Source: Planctomycetota bacterium (GTDB lineage: Bacteria; Planctomycetota; PLA2; JAEUHO01). Taken from it: DNA of 64,000 bases. Each line of letters opens with the position of its first letter. The stretch's first letter is position 1. Where the stretch lies: positions 2,176,001 to 2,240,000 of the forward strand of contig CBDCTJ010000007.1 in NCBI GenBank assembly GCA_965222115.1, in the 5' to 3' direction. Of this stretch, positions 28,181 to 37,372 are shown piece by piece. The position numbers and the translations under genes were made by a program. The notes under the pieces are model-generated. The model did not search any database, was not told the origin of the DNA, and saw nothing but the letters and a program-made list of their open reading frames with translations.

Positions 28181-30433
28181 ATGTATCGCACAGTCATCGG
28201 TATCGCCGTCGCGTTGGCCATCGGGCTCGGCATCGTCGGTCTCACCTTCTCCGCCAACCGCGACGAACCGGCGGATTTCGTGTTCGCCAACGGTACAGAG
28301 CCCAAGAGCCTTGATCCGCACATCATGACGGGGCAGCCCGAGGGACGAATTGCGACCGCGCTATTTGAGGGGCTCGCCTATCGAGACCCCAAGTCGCTGG
28401 AACCCGTGCCGGGTATGGCGAAGTCGTGGAGCGTATCCAGTGACGGACGAACGTACACATTCAAGATGCGGCCCGGCGTCACGTGGAATGATGGCACGCC
28501 CATCACGGCGGAAGACTTCGCCTATTCGTGGCGTCGATTACAGGAACCCGAACTCGCTTCCGAATACGCCTACTTCATGCACATGATCAAGTGGGCCGCT
28601 GAGTACAACACCTATGAGGGCAATGTCTTTGCCTTGATTGGATTGCCACCAGCGAAGAACACAGAAGAGGACAAGCGAGAGGCCGACGAGCAGCGCCGTG
28701 CGCTAACGAAGATCGCCGATCGCTATTTGGCCAGCCACGATGTACAGGCTGCGCGCGCCGAACTGAACGCGTGGACGAAATTGCGCAAGGCCGAGAAACG
28801 TCAAGACGTGGATGGGACGATGCGTTCCGTTCCCATTCGAGGCGTAATCCATGCGTTGGATGAACTCATTGGACGTAGCGATGGGCCGGTGGATCGCGAC
28901 GCGTGGATCAAGTTCATGGAACGGCAGCGCCTTGCGCAAGCCATCAAGAACACCAAGCAAGTTGAGTTGCAGCAAGCGCTTGCGGCGTCCGATCAGCAAT
29001 GGCCAATCGCAAAGCTCACGGAAATTCGAGGCGCCCTGATTATCGAGGCGTTGACACGCTGGTCTCAGTGGATTGTCGCCGACCAGCGTTTTGGCAAAAC
29101 CGAAGGCGTATTCGCACCGGACCCGAGCACGCTGATCGTTGAGTTGCGCGCGCCCACACCCTATTTTCTGGAAGTTGTTTCCTTCTATTCTGCGCTTCCG
29201 GTGCCCAAGCACGTCGTTGACGTGGAGGGCAACAACGATGACTGGTTTCGACACGAAAAAATTGTATCCAATGGACCCTTCGAGATGGTCGCCTGGCGCG
29301 TAAACGATCGGATTCGTCTCAAGCGGAGCAAGACCTATTGGAGCCGCAAAACGGTTCGCATTGAGACGATCGACGCGTTGCCCATCTCGGATGCGACGGC
29401 AGCGCTCAACTTGTACCTGACAGATGAACTTGATTGGGCGCAGAGTCCGCCACCGGACGTTATTGATGTGCTAAAGACGCGCGAGGACTTTCGCACCACC
29501 GCGGCATTGGGGACCTACTACTACCGATTTAACTGCACGAAACCTCCCTTTAGCAGCGCGCACGTTCGTCTGGCCACATGCATGGCGGTAAACCGCGACG
29601 AGATCGTCAAGGGCGTCCTTCGGGGCGGCCAAGAACCAGCGATCCATTTCGTTCCACCCGGCATTCCCGCCTACGAGCCGCCACCGTCTCGCATCCGGTT
29701 CGATCCCGATGCGGCCCGTACATTGTTCAAAGAAGGCCTTGCTGAGTTCAAGAATGACGATGGCACGCCCATGTACCCCGATGGCGTTGTGAAGCAGACA
29801 CTCCATCTACTGTACAACACCAACGAAGTGCATTCGAAAGTTGCGGACACGGTTGCCGATCATCTCTACAAACATCTCGGCCTGCGTGTAAAGCCCATCA
29901 ATCAGGAATGGCAAGCGTACCAAGTTACGACGCGGGCCCTGGACTACGATCTCGCTCGAGCGGCGTGGATCGGCGACTACATGGATCCCAATACCTTCTT
30001 GGACATGTGGGAAACCAACGGCGGAAACAACCAGACGGGTTGGTCGAGTCCTATCTACGATCAGTTGCTTCGATTTGGGAAGGATCCTGAACAGTTTCTG
30101 GCGGTCGCCGAGCAGTGGATTCCTAAGTTGAAGGAACCCGAGCGGATGCAGGAAGCTGTTGCGTTGGCGTCGGATGCAGAGACACGAGGGAAAGGGCTTG
30201 CCGCGCTGCGCATGCAGTGTTTTCGGGAGGCCGAAGCAATCCTTTTTCAGGATCAATTTCCAATCATGCCGCTTTACTACTACGTGTGGCAGAGCATGGT
30301 GAGTCCGCGCGTGCGTGGATGGTACGAGTACTGCCTGTTCCCAGATGGTTCTAAGAAACCGAATATGAAAGACATTCATCCGCTCCGGGGAATCTGGATC
30401 GATCAAGGTAGCAACGCGGGGTCGAGCAAATGA
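28181..30433 (+). CDS. oppA: Peptide ABC transporter substrate-binding protein OppA
   Basis: NGTEPKSLDP, LFEGL, PGMAKSW, SNGPF, WIGDYMDPNTFL, NNQTGW, PIMPLYYY; GGAGG RBS. Confidence 0.92.
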   Translation: MYRTVIGIAVALAIGLGIVGLTFSANRDEPADFVFANGTEPKSLDPHIMTGQPEGRIATALFEGLAYRDPKSLEPVPGMAKSWSVSSDGRTYTFKMRPGVTWNDGTPITAEDFAYSWRRLQEPELASEYAYFMHMIKWAAEYNTYEGNVFALIGLPPAKNTEEDKREADEQRRALTKIADRYLASHDVQAARAELNAWTKLRKAEKRQDVDGTMRSVPIRGVIHALDELIGRSDGPVDRDAWIKFMERQRLAQAIKNTKQVELQQALAASDQQWPIAKLTEIRGALIIEALTRWSQWIVADQRFGKTEGVFAPDPSTLIVELRAPTPYFLEVVSFYSALPVPKHVVDVEGNNDDWFRHEKIVSNGPFEMVAWRVNDRIRLKRSKTYWSRKTVRIETIDALPISDATAALNLYLTDELDWAQSPPPDVIDVLKTREDFRTTAALGTYYYRFNCTKPPFSSAHVRLATCMAVNRDEIVKGVLRGGQEPAIHFVPPGIPAYEPPPSRIRFDPDAARTLFKEGLAEFKNDDGTPMYPDGVVKQTLHLLYNTNEVHSKVADTVADHLYKHLGLRVKPINQEWQAYQVTTRALDYDLARAAWIGDYMDPNTFLDMWETNGGNNQTGWSSPIYDQLLRFGKDPEQFLAVAEQWIPKLKEPERMQEAVALASDAETRGKGLAALRMQCFREAEAILFQDQFPIMPLYYYVWQSMVSPRVRGWYEYCLFPDGSKKPNMKDIHPLRGIWIDQGSNAGSSK

Positions 30434-31626
30434 GGCGCGCACCGGTCGGTGTGATCGTTCTCGGCGTACTTGCGTTGACGATTCTCGGGGTTGTAGGCAA
30501 GTTCGTGGGGTGGACCGAGGCGCTTGTACTTCTCGGCGGCATGTTACTGCTGACGGCCACCGTGTGGTTGTCACCTTTTGCCTCGCGTGTCTTGGGGTCG
30601 CTCTACGCGGCCGCACTCACGTTTGTCATTGCACGTCTCATGTGGGGTATCGAAATTGGCCTAGGACTTGCCGCACTTGTCGGAATTGCCGCATGGTTCT
30701 TGCTGGGTGTCCGCGTGCATCGGCGCATCTGTTTCATGATCCCCAGTCTCGTGTTGCTTATCTTTGTAACGTGCATCCTCATGTACAGTGCCCCGGGTAG
30801 CCCCTTCGCATCCGAGCGCGTCCAATCCGATCAAGTCCGCGCGGCGCAGGAGCGAAAGTTCGACATTTCCGATAGCGCATTAGGGTTCTTCACCAATTAC
30901 ATCACGCGCCTTGTGACCACCGGATCGATGGGAAAATCGACGACGGTGCAGGGGCGAACGGTCAATGAACTGCTCTTGCCGGCGCTACCCGTGAGTGTGT
31001 CACTTGGTTTGTTGGCGCTTATTCTCGCGATTGGGATTGGCCTCTTTCTTGGCATTCGGGCGGGGCTGCGCCCCAATTCCTTTGCCGACTTCACCAGCAT
31101 GGGCGTGGCGCTGGTAGGCGTGTCGCTTCCGAATTTTGTGATTGGTGCCACGCTCATTCTCATTTTCGCGCTCAAATTGGGATGGTTACCTTCTGCAGGG
31201 TGGGGCGGCTACCGCCACTTGGTTTTGCCAGCGATCACGTTGGCGTTGCCCTATGCGGCGTACATCGCCCGCTTGGCCAGAACGGGCACGATTGATGTGA
31301 TGCGTCAAGACTTCATTCGAACGGCCCGCGCCAAGGGACTGCCGGACCGTGCGGTCGTGCTGAAGCACGCGCTCAAGGGAGCCATTTTACCCGTCGTATC
31401 CTTTCTCGGCCCCGCCGCGGCCGGCATCATGACCGGGTCGTTCGTCGTGGAGAAGCTGTTTAACATTCCGGGCATGGGCCAGTGGTTTGTGAACGGCGCC
31501 ATCAATCGGGACTTCTCGGTCGTGCTGGGAACGGCCATCATCTACTTTTCGATGATTACGTTCTTTAACCTTGCTGTCGACTTCGCATACGCATGGCTCG
31601 ATCCCCGAACGAGGGAGGACCTGTGA
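30430..31626 (+). CDS. oppB: Oligopeptide ABC permease OppB with extra N-terminal TMs
   Basis: APGSPF, LPAITLAL, DFIRTARAKGL (EAA loop), GSFVVEKLFNIPGMG, DPR. Confidence 0.93.
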   Translation: MRRAPVGVIVLGVLALTILGVVGKFVGWTEALVLLGGMLLLTATVWLSPFASRVLGSLYAAALTFVIARLMWGIEIGLGLAALVGIAAWFLLGVRVHRRICFMIPSLVLLIFVTCILMYSAPGSPFASERVQSDQVRAAQERKFDISDSALGFFTNYITRLVTTGSMGKSTTVQGRTVNELLLPALPVSVSLGLLALILAIGIGLFLGIRAGLRPNSFADFTSMGVALVGVSLPNFVIGATLILIFALKLGWLPSAGWGGYRHLVLPAITLALPYAAYIARLARTGTIDVMRQDFIRTARAKGLPDRAVVLKHALKGAILPVVSFLGPAAAGIMTGSFVVEKLFNIPGMGQWFVNGAINRDFSVVLGTAIIYFSMITFFNLAVDFAYAWLDPRTREDL

Positions 31627-32546
31627 CTCACAACGGATCACCGCCTGGCGCCACCCGCGATGGCGTCACAGTGGATATCGCCCACGGACGAAGCCTTGGC
31701 CAGGATGCCTGGCGACGTCTGCGCAAGAACCGCTTTGCCATGTTCGGGCTCGCCGTGTTTTTGTTGTTGGCGCTGGCGTGTTTTCTTCTGCCGGTGTTGT
31801 TCAAGATGGATTACGGCACGACAACGCCATCGCGCGCGTGGCTGTCTCCGCTTGAGGACGGTGCAGGGATATTCGGTACCGACGGTCTTGGACGCGACTA
31901 CCTTGCGCGGGTGCTTAAGGGTGGGCAGATTTCGATCATGGTCGGCATCGTTGCCACACTCGTGTCCATTGTGATCGGCGTCTTGTACGGTTCCATCAGC
32001 GGCTACTTCGGCGGCAAGGTCGATGAAGTCATGATGCGTATCGTCGATTTCTTGTATGGCATTCCCTACATGTTTCTTGTCATCCTCATCATGCTTATGT
32101 TTGGCAAAGAGAGCCGAGGCGAGGCGCTCCCCATATTCGTCGGGCTCGGACTCGTCCAGTGGCTGACGATGGCGCGCATCGTTCGAGGCCAGGTATTGAC
32201 GCTCCGCAATCAAGACTTCATCGAGGCTGCCAAGGCCATCGGTGTGAGTGACGCCCGTATTCTACGAAAGCACATTATTCCAAATCTATTGGGCGTCGTG
32301 ATCGTGTTCGCAACGCTTACCGTCCCCGCAGTCATTATCTTGGAGTCGTTTCTGTCTTACTTGGGGCTGGGTGTTGAACTTTCGTGGGGCAAGCTCGTCT
32401 CCGAGGCTGTGAAAGTCGTCAATCCCATCAACTCCTATTGGTGGCTGCTCTTCTTCCCCAGCCTCTTCCTGGGCCTCACGCTCTTCTGCCTCAATTTCTT
32501 CGGTGATGGCCTCAGCTTCGCCCTCGACCCCAAGTCCAAGCGCTAG
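31623..32546 (+). CDS. oppC: Oligopeptide ABC permease OppC
   Basis: SLGQDAWRRLRKN, FGTDGLGRD, ARIVRGQVL, FIEAAKAIG, ESFLSYLGLG, GDGL...LDP. Confidence 0.94.
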   Translation: MTHNGSPPGATRDGVTVDIAHGRSLGQDAWRRLRKNRFAMFGLAVFLLLALACFLLPVLFKMDYGTTTPSRAWLSPLEDGAGIFGTDGLGRDYLARVLKGGQISIMVGIVATLVSIVIGVLYGSISGYFGGKVDEVMMRIVDFLYGIPYMFLVILIMLMFGKESRGEALPIFVGLGLVQWLTMARIVRGQVLTLRNQDFIEAAKAIGVSDARILRKHIIPNLLGVVIVFATLTVPAVIILESFLSYLGLGVELSWGKLVSEAVKVVNPINSYWWLLFFPSLFLGLTLFCLNFFGDGLSFALDPKSKR

Positions 32547-32663
32547 TGCGCCACAAAAGCCTGGATTTTGTGGCGCATCGGCCAACCTCGTGCGCCAAGA
32601 AAACCAGGTATATTTGGCGCACAGAACTCGCGACGCGCCACAGAAACCAGGTATTTCTGGCGC
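32547..32663. repeat. Three tandem imperfect palindromes GCGCCA-N~17-TGGCGC
   Basis: 32547-32577 (12-bp perfect stem), 32590-32622, 32635-32663; each has a central CCWGG. Confidence 0.85.
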
Positions 32664-32676
32664 ATGAGGAGGATCG

Positions 32677-33078
32677 ATGAGTCAGGTGGAGCGTGAGATT
32701 GTGGCGACGGAGAAGGCGCCGGCGGCGATTGGTCCCTATTCGCAGGCTACGGCATGGGGTGAGCTGGTGTTTGCCGCAGGGCAGATCGCGCTCGATCCTT
32801 CATCGGGTGAGCTTGTGGGCGACGGGGACGTGGCGCGAGAGACCGAGCAAGCGCTTCGCAACCTTCGGGCGGTGCTTGAAGCGGCGGGATCGTCGATTGG
32901 GGATGTGCTTCGCTGCGATGTGTATCTGGCAGACATGAACGACTTTGCTGCCATGAATGCCGTGTACGAACGCCACTTCGACGCCCATCCGCCAGCGCGC
33001 GTGACTGTAGAGGCGGCCGCGCTTCCTCGCGGCGTGCGTGTCGAGATTGCTGCAATTGCTGCGCGGCGCGCACCCTAG
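32677..33078 (+). CDS. ridA: RidA/YjgF/UK114 family imine deaminase
   Basis: APAAIGPYSQA, AGQI, DMNDFAAMNAVY, PPAR, LP...VEI; GAGGAGG RBS. Confidence 0.93.
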   Translation: MSQVEREIVATEKAPAAIGPYSQATAWGELVFAAGQIALDPSSGELVGDGDVARETEQALRNLRAVLEAAGSSIGDVLRCDVYLADMNDFAAMNAVYERHFDAHPPARVTVEAAALPRGVRVEIAAIAARRAP

Positions 33079-33261
33079 CGAACAGACGTCTGTCGCCAAC
33101 CTTGGTCCTGCTCGCTGCCGTGCCGACACACGTCAACTGCATTGAACCGTGATGGGCCGGGGACACGAATGCGGGGCGTTGTCCATTCGGGCGGGATACG
33201 GGAACGTGTAGGACCGACGTTCAATCGTGAAGGTGCGGCCGAGGAACGGTAGGATGCCAGC

Positions 33262-33999
33262 GTGAGCCAAGCAACCACCCAGTTGGATCTCGTGTTCTTT
33301 GACTTGGACGACACGCTCTACAGCACCACGGAGTTCTCGCGTCGCGCCCGCATTAACGCCGTGCAGAAGATGATCGATCACGGTCTCCAGATTTCACTCG
33401 ATGAAGGCGTTGCGGAACTCAGCGAAGTAGTCGCCGAGTTTTCAAGCAACTATCCCGAGCACTTTGCGCGGCTCCTGGATCGACTGGGTCCCGAGATGTA
33501 CAAAGGTCACAATCCCGCGGTAGTGATCGCCGCAGGCGTGGTTGGATACCACACTACCAAAGTGACCGACATGGAGGTGCTTCCCGATGTGCGGCCCTTG
33601 CTTGAGCGCCTGCAGCAGTCGAGCATTCGGTTGGGTGTCATCAGCGCCGGCCTTCAAGTCAAACAAGCCGAGAAGCTCATTCGCCTCGATGTGTTGAAGT
33701 ACTTTTGCCCAACCGCGATCTTCTTTAGCGATCAAGTGGGGGTGAGCAAACCCAACCCCAAGATCTTCTCCAAAGCGTGCGAAGCCGTGGGTGTAGAACC
33801 GACCCGCGCCATGTACGTGGGGGATCGACCGGGGCACGACGTGGCGCCCGCCAGTACGATTGGAATGAAGACCGTGCACTACACCGGCGCACGCGGAAAA
33901 TACCATCGCCATCCAGCACCGGTGCAAGCCGATCATCAGTTGTCAGATATGCGCGATCTTGCGCCCATTCTCAAAGAGCGTTACCACCTACCGGTTTAG
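33262..33999 (+). CDS. HAD-superfamily hydrolase (subfamily IA)
   Basis: FFDLDDTL, Q.EKLIRL, KPNP, YVGDR..HD. Confidence 0.88.
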   Translation: MSQATTQLDLVFFDLDDTLYSTTEFSRRARINAVQKMIDHGLQISLDEGVAELSEVVAEFSSNYPEHFARLLDRLGPEMYKGHNPAVVIAAGVVGYHTTKVTDMEVLPDVRPLLERLQQSSIRLGVISAGLQVKQAEKLIRLDVLKYFCPTAIFFSDQVGVSKPNPKIFSKACEAVGVEPTRAMYVGDRPGHDVAPASTIGMKTVHYTGARGKYHRHPAPVQADHQLSDMRDLAPILKERYHLPV

Positions 34000-34204
34000 G
34001 CATCGTGCTCAAGCTCCCCGTGTACAAGACCCCGATCGCATTCTGCCGCGCTGCGCACTGATGGATCGATGCAGATGTTGAATGCGAACCGCTTGTCGAT
34101 CGCGCCCCATGACGTTCCAAAAATGAACATGGCCCCGAGCCGCAAACTGCTCGGGGCCATCTTCGCTTGACGACGCGCAAAGGCGCATCGTGCGCTCAAT
34201 GCGC

Positions 34205-37045
34205 TTAGCGCATGAACTTCTCTTCCTGCTCGGTGAGATCGGTGATCTCGGCGCGCACGATGATCATCAGGTGGCTGACTTCATCGCTGCGGCCCTTACG
34301 GCTGAAAAGGAAGCTAAGCAACGGGATCTTGCCAAGGAAGGGGATCTCGCTCTGGCGGTCTACCGTGCGAATGTCCTTCAACCCGCCGATCACGATTGTG
34401 CCTTGGTCGGGCACGCGCACCGTGGTGCGAACCTGCTGGAGGCGCAGCTCGGGCAACTGAATGATGACCGGGGCGAACGATGAGGCGAGCGACGTTGCGA
34501 ACTCTTGGATGGGACGACGAAGGCGTGCCACCGTGGGCTGCAACTCAAGCGTGATGTAGCGACGGTCGTTGGAGACCGTGGGGCGTACGTCGAGCGTGAG
34601 GCCGTCCTGAATGATGCCCACAATCGGGTCAGCGATGAAGGAGGTCTGTGCGACCTCTACGTCGAAGTCCTGAATGTAGGAGATCTGATTCACCATCGTC
34701 AGGTTGGCGCGCTGCGTGTTGTAGACCGTTACGATAGGTGCGGTCAACGTGCGAGCGCTCAAAGACTTCTCCGTGGCTCGAACAATCATCGAGACCTCGG
34801 TGTCGTCGATGATGCTCATAGAGAGCGTGGCGCCACCGACGCTTGAGAGCACTTCGCCAAGCGGATTGTCGAAAATGTTCTCGGTACGTCCGCGGAAGTC
34901 GCCGTCCTGACCATCGTTGAAGTAGGCACCGGCGGAGGGCGGCAGTGCCGCACCCGTAGCCAGACCCGCGCCACCGTTGTCAAAACCTGCTGACGCCGCG
35001 TCTTCCAGACCGTTCGTGACGTCATCGAGGTTGACGAGCGTGCCGGGATTGGCACCCGCAACACCGTTGTTACCACCGAGGCCGCGGAAATCGACACCCA
35101 CGTCCTTCAGGAAGTTTTCGCTGACTTCAAGGAACCGGCTCTCGACCGTGACGACGATGCCAGCAAAGCCCCGCAAGTCGTCGAGGAAGTTGGCCACGCG
35201 CTGCTGAATGTCGGCGTTGGCCGTAACCACAAGATTTTGCTGACCTTGCGGAGCGATCTCGGCGCCTTCGGTCTCTTCCCAATACTTGGGCGATACCGCG
35301 CCCTTGATGAGCTCAATCAACTCGTCGGCCTGGCCGTAGGGGAAGATGGGCTCTTCAGACTCGGTTCCGAATAGCGGCGTTTCTTCATTGGCAAGATCAT
35401 CGGGACCCACCAAACGAATGGTGGGGGGAATGAAATCGGTCAAGCCCGACGTGAGGTCGGCGACCGGGTGGATTTCCACCTGGAACTTCTTGTCCTGATA
35501 CTCCTTGGAAGTGAAGACGATGATGTTGCCCTTGGGCGTCCAAATCACGTTTTCATCGCCCGAGTGCGAGCGCAACATTTCGAGCACCTGCTTGAGCGGT
35601 GCGTCTTGCACAACCAAGTTGGCAACCTTGGACTCATTTACGGACGAAGCGATTCGCGCGTCGACCATGATGTTGATACCGGTCTGAACACGAAGCGTGC
35701 TGATGACTTCACCAAACGCGCGGTCGTTGACGTCGAGGTTGACCATCGTGTTGCCGACGCGTGCCATGAGCTCGGCGGCTTCGGGATCGTCGTCTTGTTC
35801 GTTGAACGTGGGGCGTGAGGACTTGCGCAGATCCGTGATCTTGTCCCAGAACTTGCGGCTGGGCCACACAAGGATCTTGTCTTGCGGAATGCGCGTGGCC
35901 TGAATGTCGTCCATCCACTCGCGGAAGGCCTGCTTTTCTCGCTTGAGGTAGTCTACTTCCAACTGGTTGTGGCGAGCGCGCTCAGCGGCTTCACGAAGGT
36001 CTTGCGCCTTGGTGTTGTCGGGCTGCTCTTCCAGGATCTTTTCAGCGTACGCGATCGCGCTCACATAGTCGTCGCGATCGAATGCCTTGACCGCCGCACC
36101 CATCCACTGTTCAAGACGCTCAAGCTCAGCCAGGAGTTGCTGCTCTTCTTCCTTCGCCATTTCGGCAAGGGCGTCTTCGATGGCGCTTTGGCGTGCTTCC
36201 TTTTCGGCGGCTTCCTTCTGCGCCTTTGCTTGGCGGAGGCCGTTTTGTGCGTCGGACTCGATGGAACCCCACTCAACCTGGAAGGGCGATGTGTTGATGA
36301 TGAACAACGAGTCTTGGAACGCCTCAATCGCGTCGTCGTAGCGCTCATTGGTGAGGTGCATACGACCTACGTTGTTGAGCTTGCCCGCTTTGGTGCGTTG
36401 CTCTTCAATGCGCACCTTGGCGTTGAGCGCACGGCTCTTGGCGTAGTCGTCGGCGGCGTTGGCGCGGCTGCCAAGCATGGACATAACTTCGCGCATCATG
36501 AACTTGGCTTCGGCGTTGTCGGGAGAGATCTCCATCGCCTCACGCAAACGATCGCGCGCGTCGAGGTATTCGCCATTACGCATGTGGACGCGTGCGGCAT
36601 TGACCTTGCTCTGTGCCAAGAACCGTTCGCGGTCGGCTGTGGCCGCCGCGGGATCTACTGCCGGGGGGCCTTCCATGGGCGGGCCGCCATAAACAGGCAT
36701 CTCGTCGGTGAGCACCTTCTTGACGTCATCGGACGCGTCGCTATCGGATCCAAACACGCCTTTGGCCGGCGCGTCAGAATCGATTGCAACTGATCCCTTG
36801 GTTTCCGATTTCTTCGTATCCGCCTTATTCGAATCAGCGAGTCCGGTGGCTTTGGGACTGCTGCTCTTGTCAGCGAGCGTGCGCGTGGAATCGCCGCTTG
36901 CATCAAGCACGTCATTCAAGGAACGAGAGCGACATGAAGAAAGTCCAACCGTAAGCAAGACTGCAAATGCAACGACGCCAAGCGTGTGTGCGATTGCAGT
37001 GGTTGAACGGACTCGCCGCGAGAAAGTCATGGCAGTGCGCGTCAT
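34205..37045 (-). CDS. Secretin-family outer membrane protein B (lipoprotein, N-terminal TPRs)
   Basis: Lipobox LSSC; TPRs; N domains; VTVESRFLEV, AP.VTVYNTQRA, GLTLDVRPTVS.D.RYITL, TTVRVPD.GTIVIGG, IPFLGKIPLL..LF. Confidence 0.88.
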   Translation of the reverse strand: MTRTAMTFSRRVRSTTAIAHTLGVVAFAVLLTVGLSSCRSRSLNDVLDASGDSTRTLADKSSSPKATGLADSNKADTKKSETKGSVAIDSDAPAKGVFGSDSDASDDVKKVLTDEMPVYGGPPMEGPPAVDPAAATADRERFLAQSKVNAARVHMRNGEYLDARDRLREAMEISPDNAEAKFMMREVMSMLGSRANAADDYAKSRALNAKVRIEEQRTKAGKLNNVGRMHLTNERYDDAIEAFQDSLFIINTSPFQVEWGSIESDAQNGLRQAKAQKEAAEKEARQSAIEDALAEMAKEEEQQLLAELERLEQWMGAAVKAFDRDDYVSAIAYAEKILEEQPDNTKAQDLREAAERARHNQLEVDYLKREKQAFREWMDDIQATRIPQDKILVWPSRKFWDKITDLRKSSRPTFNEQDDDPEAAELMARVGNTMVNLDVNDRAFGEVISTLRVQTGINIMVDARIASSVNESKVANLVVQDAPLKQVLEMLRSHSGDENVIWTPKGNIIVFTSKEYQDKKFQVEIHPVADLTSGLTDFIPPTIRLVGPDDLANEETPLFGTESEEPIFPYGQADELIELIKGAVSPKYWEETEGAEIAPQGQQNLVVTANADIQQRVANFLDDLRGFAGIVVTVESRFLEVSENFLKDVGVDFRGLGGNNGVAGANPGTLVNLDDVTNGLEDAASAGFDNGGAGLATGAALPPSAGAYFNDGQDGDFRGRTENIFDNPLGEVLSSVGGATLSMSIIDDTEVSMIVRATEKSLSARTLTAPIVTVYNTQRANLTMVNQISYIQDFDVEVAQTSFIADPIVGIIQDGLTLDVRPTVSNDRRYITLELQPTVARLRRPIQEFATSLASSFAPVIIQLPELRLQQVRTTVRVPDQGTIVIGGLKDIRTVDRQSEIPFLGKIPLLSFLFSRKGRSDEVSHLMIIVRAEITDLTEQEEKFMR

Positions 37046-37372
37046 TGAAACGTCCACTCCGAGCGAGGCCACGTGTGGGGGCAAGTCGTCCGGATCGTGC
37101 AACGCGCGGATGCCTCCCTGCACCCGCGAGTCATCCGTTTGGACGGCTCACGCAACCGTTGAGCGGGGGGCCTTCCGCCGCTCAACCTGGGGCCGCGCCC
37201 TCCTTCGACGCGACCTCCTCCCTGTGCGTCATAGGACACTGGAACGTGGTCATGTCTTTGTCATAAGCACCCGGCATAAACCGATTTCTGGCGCTTTGCC
37301 GCGAATCCGTTCGTCACGCGCCTGTGTCGGTGGTCGCGTGGCAAACAGGCGCCTACGAACTCGGGCTATCCG

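Noticed and set aside
32547-32663. Possible mini CRISPR array
   Set aside because: Units are not identical, spacers are only ~12 nt, and there are no cas genes in the window.
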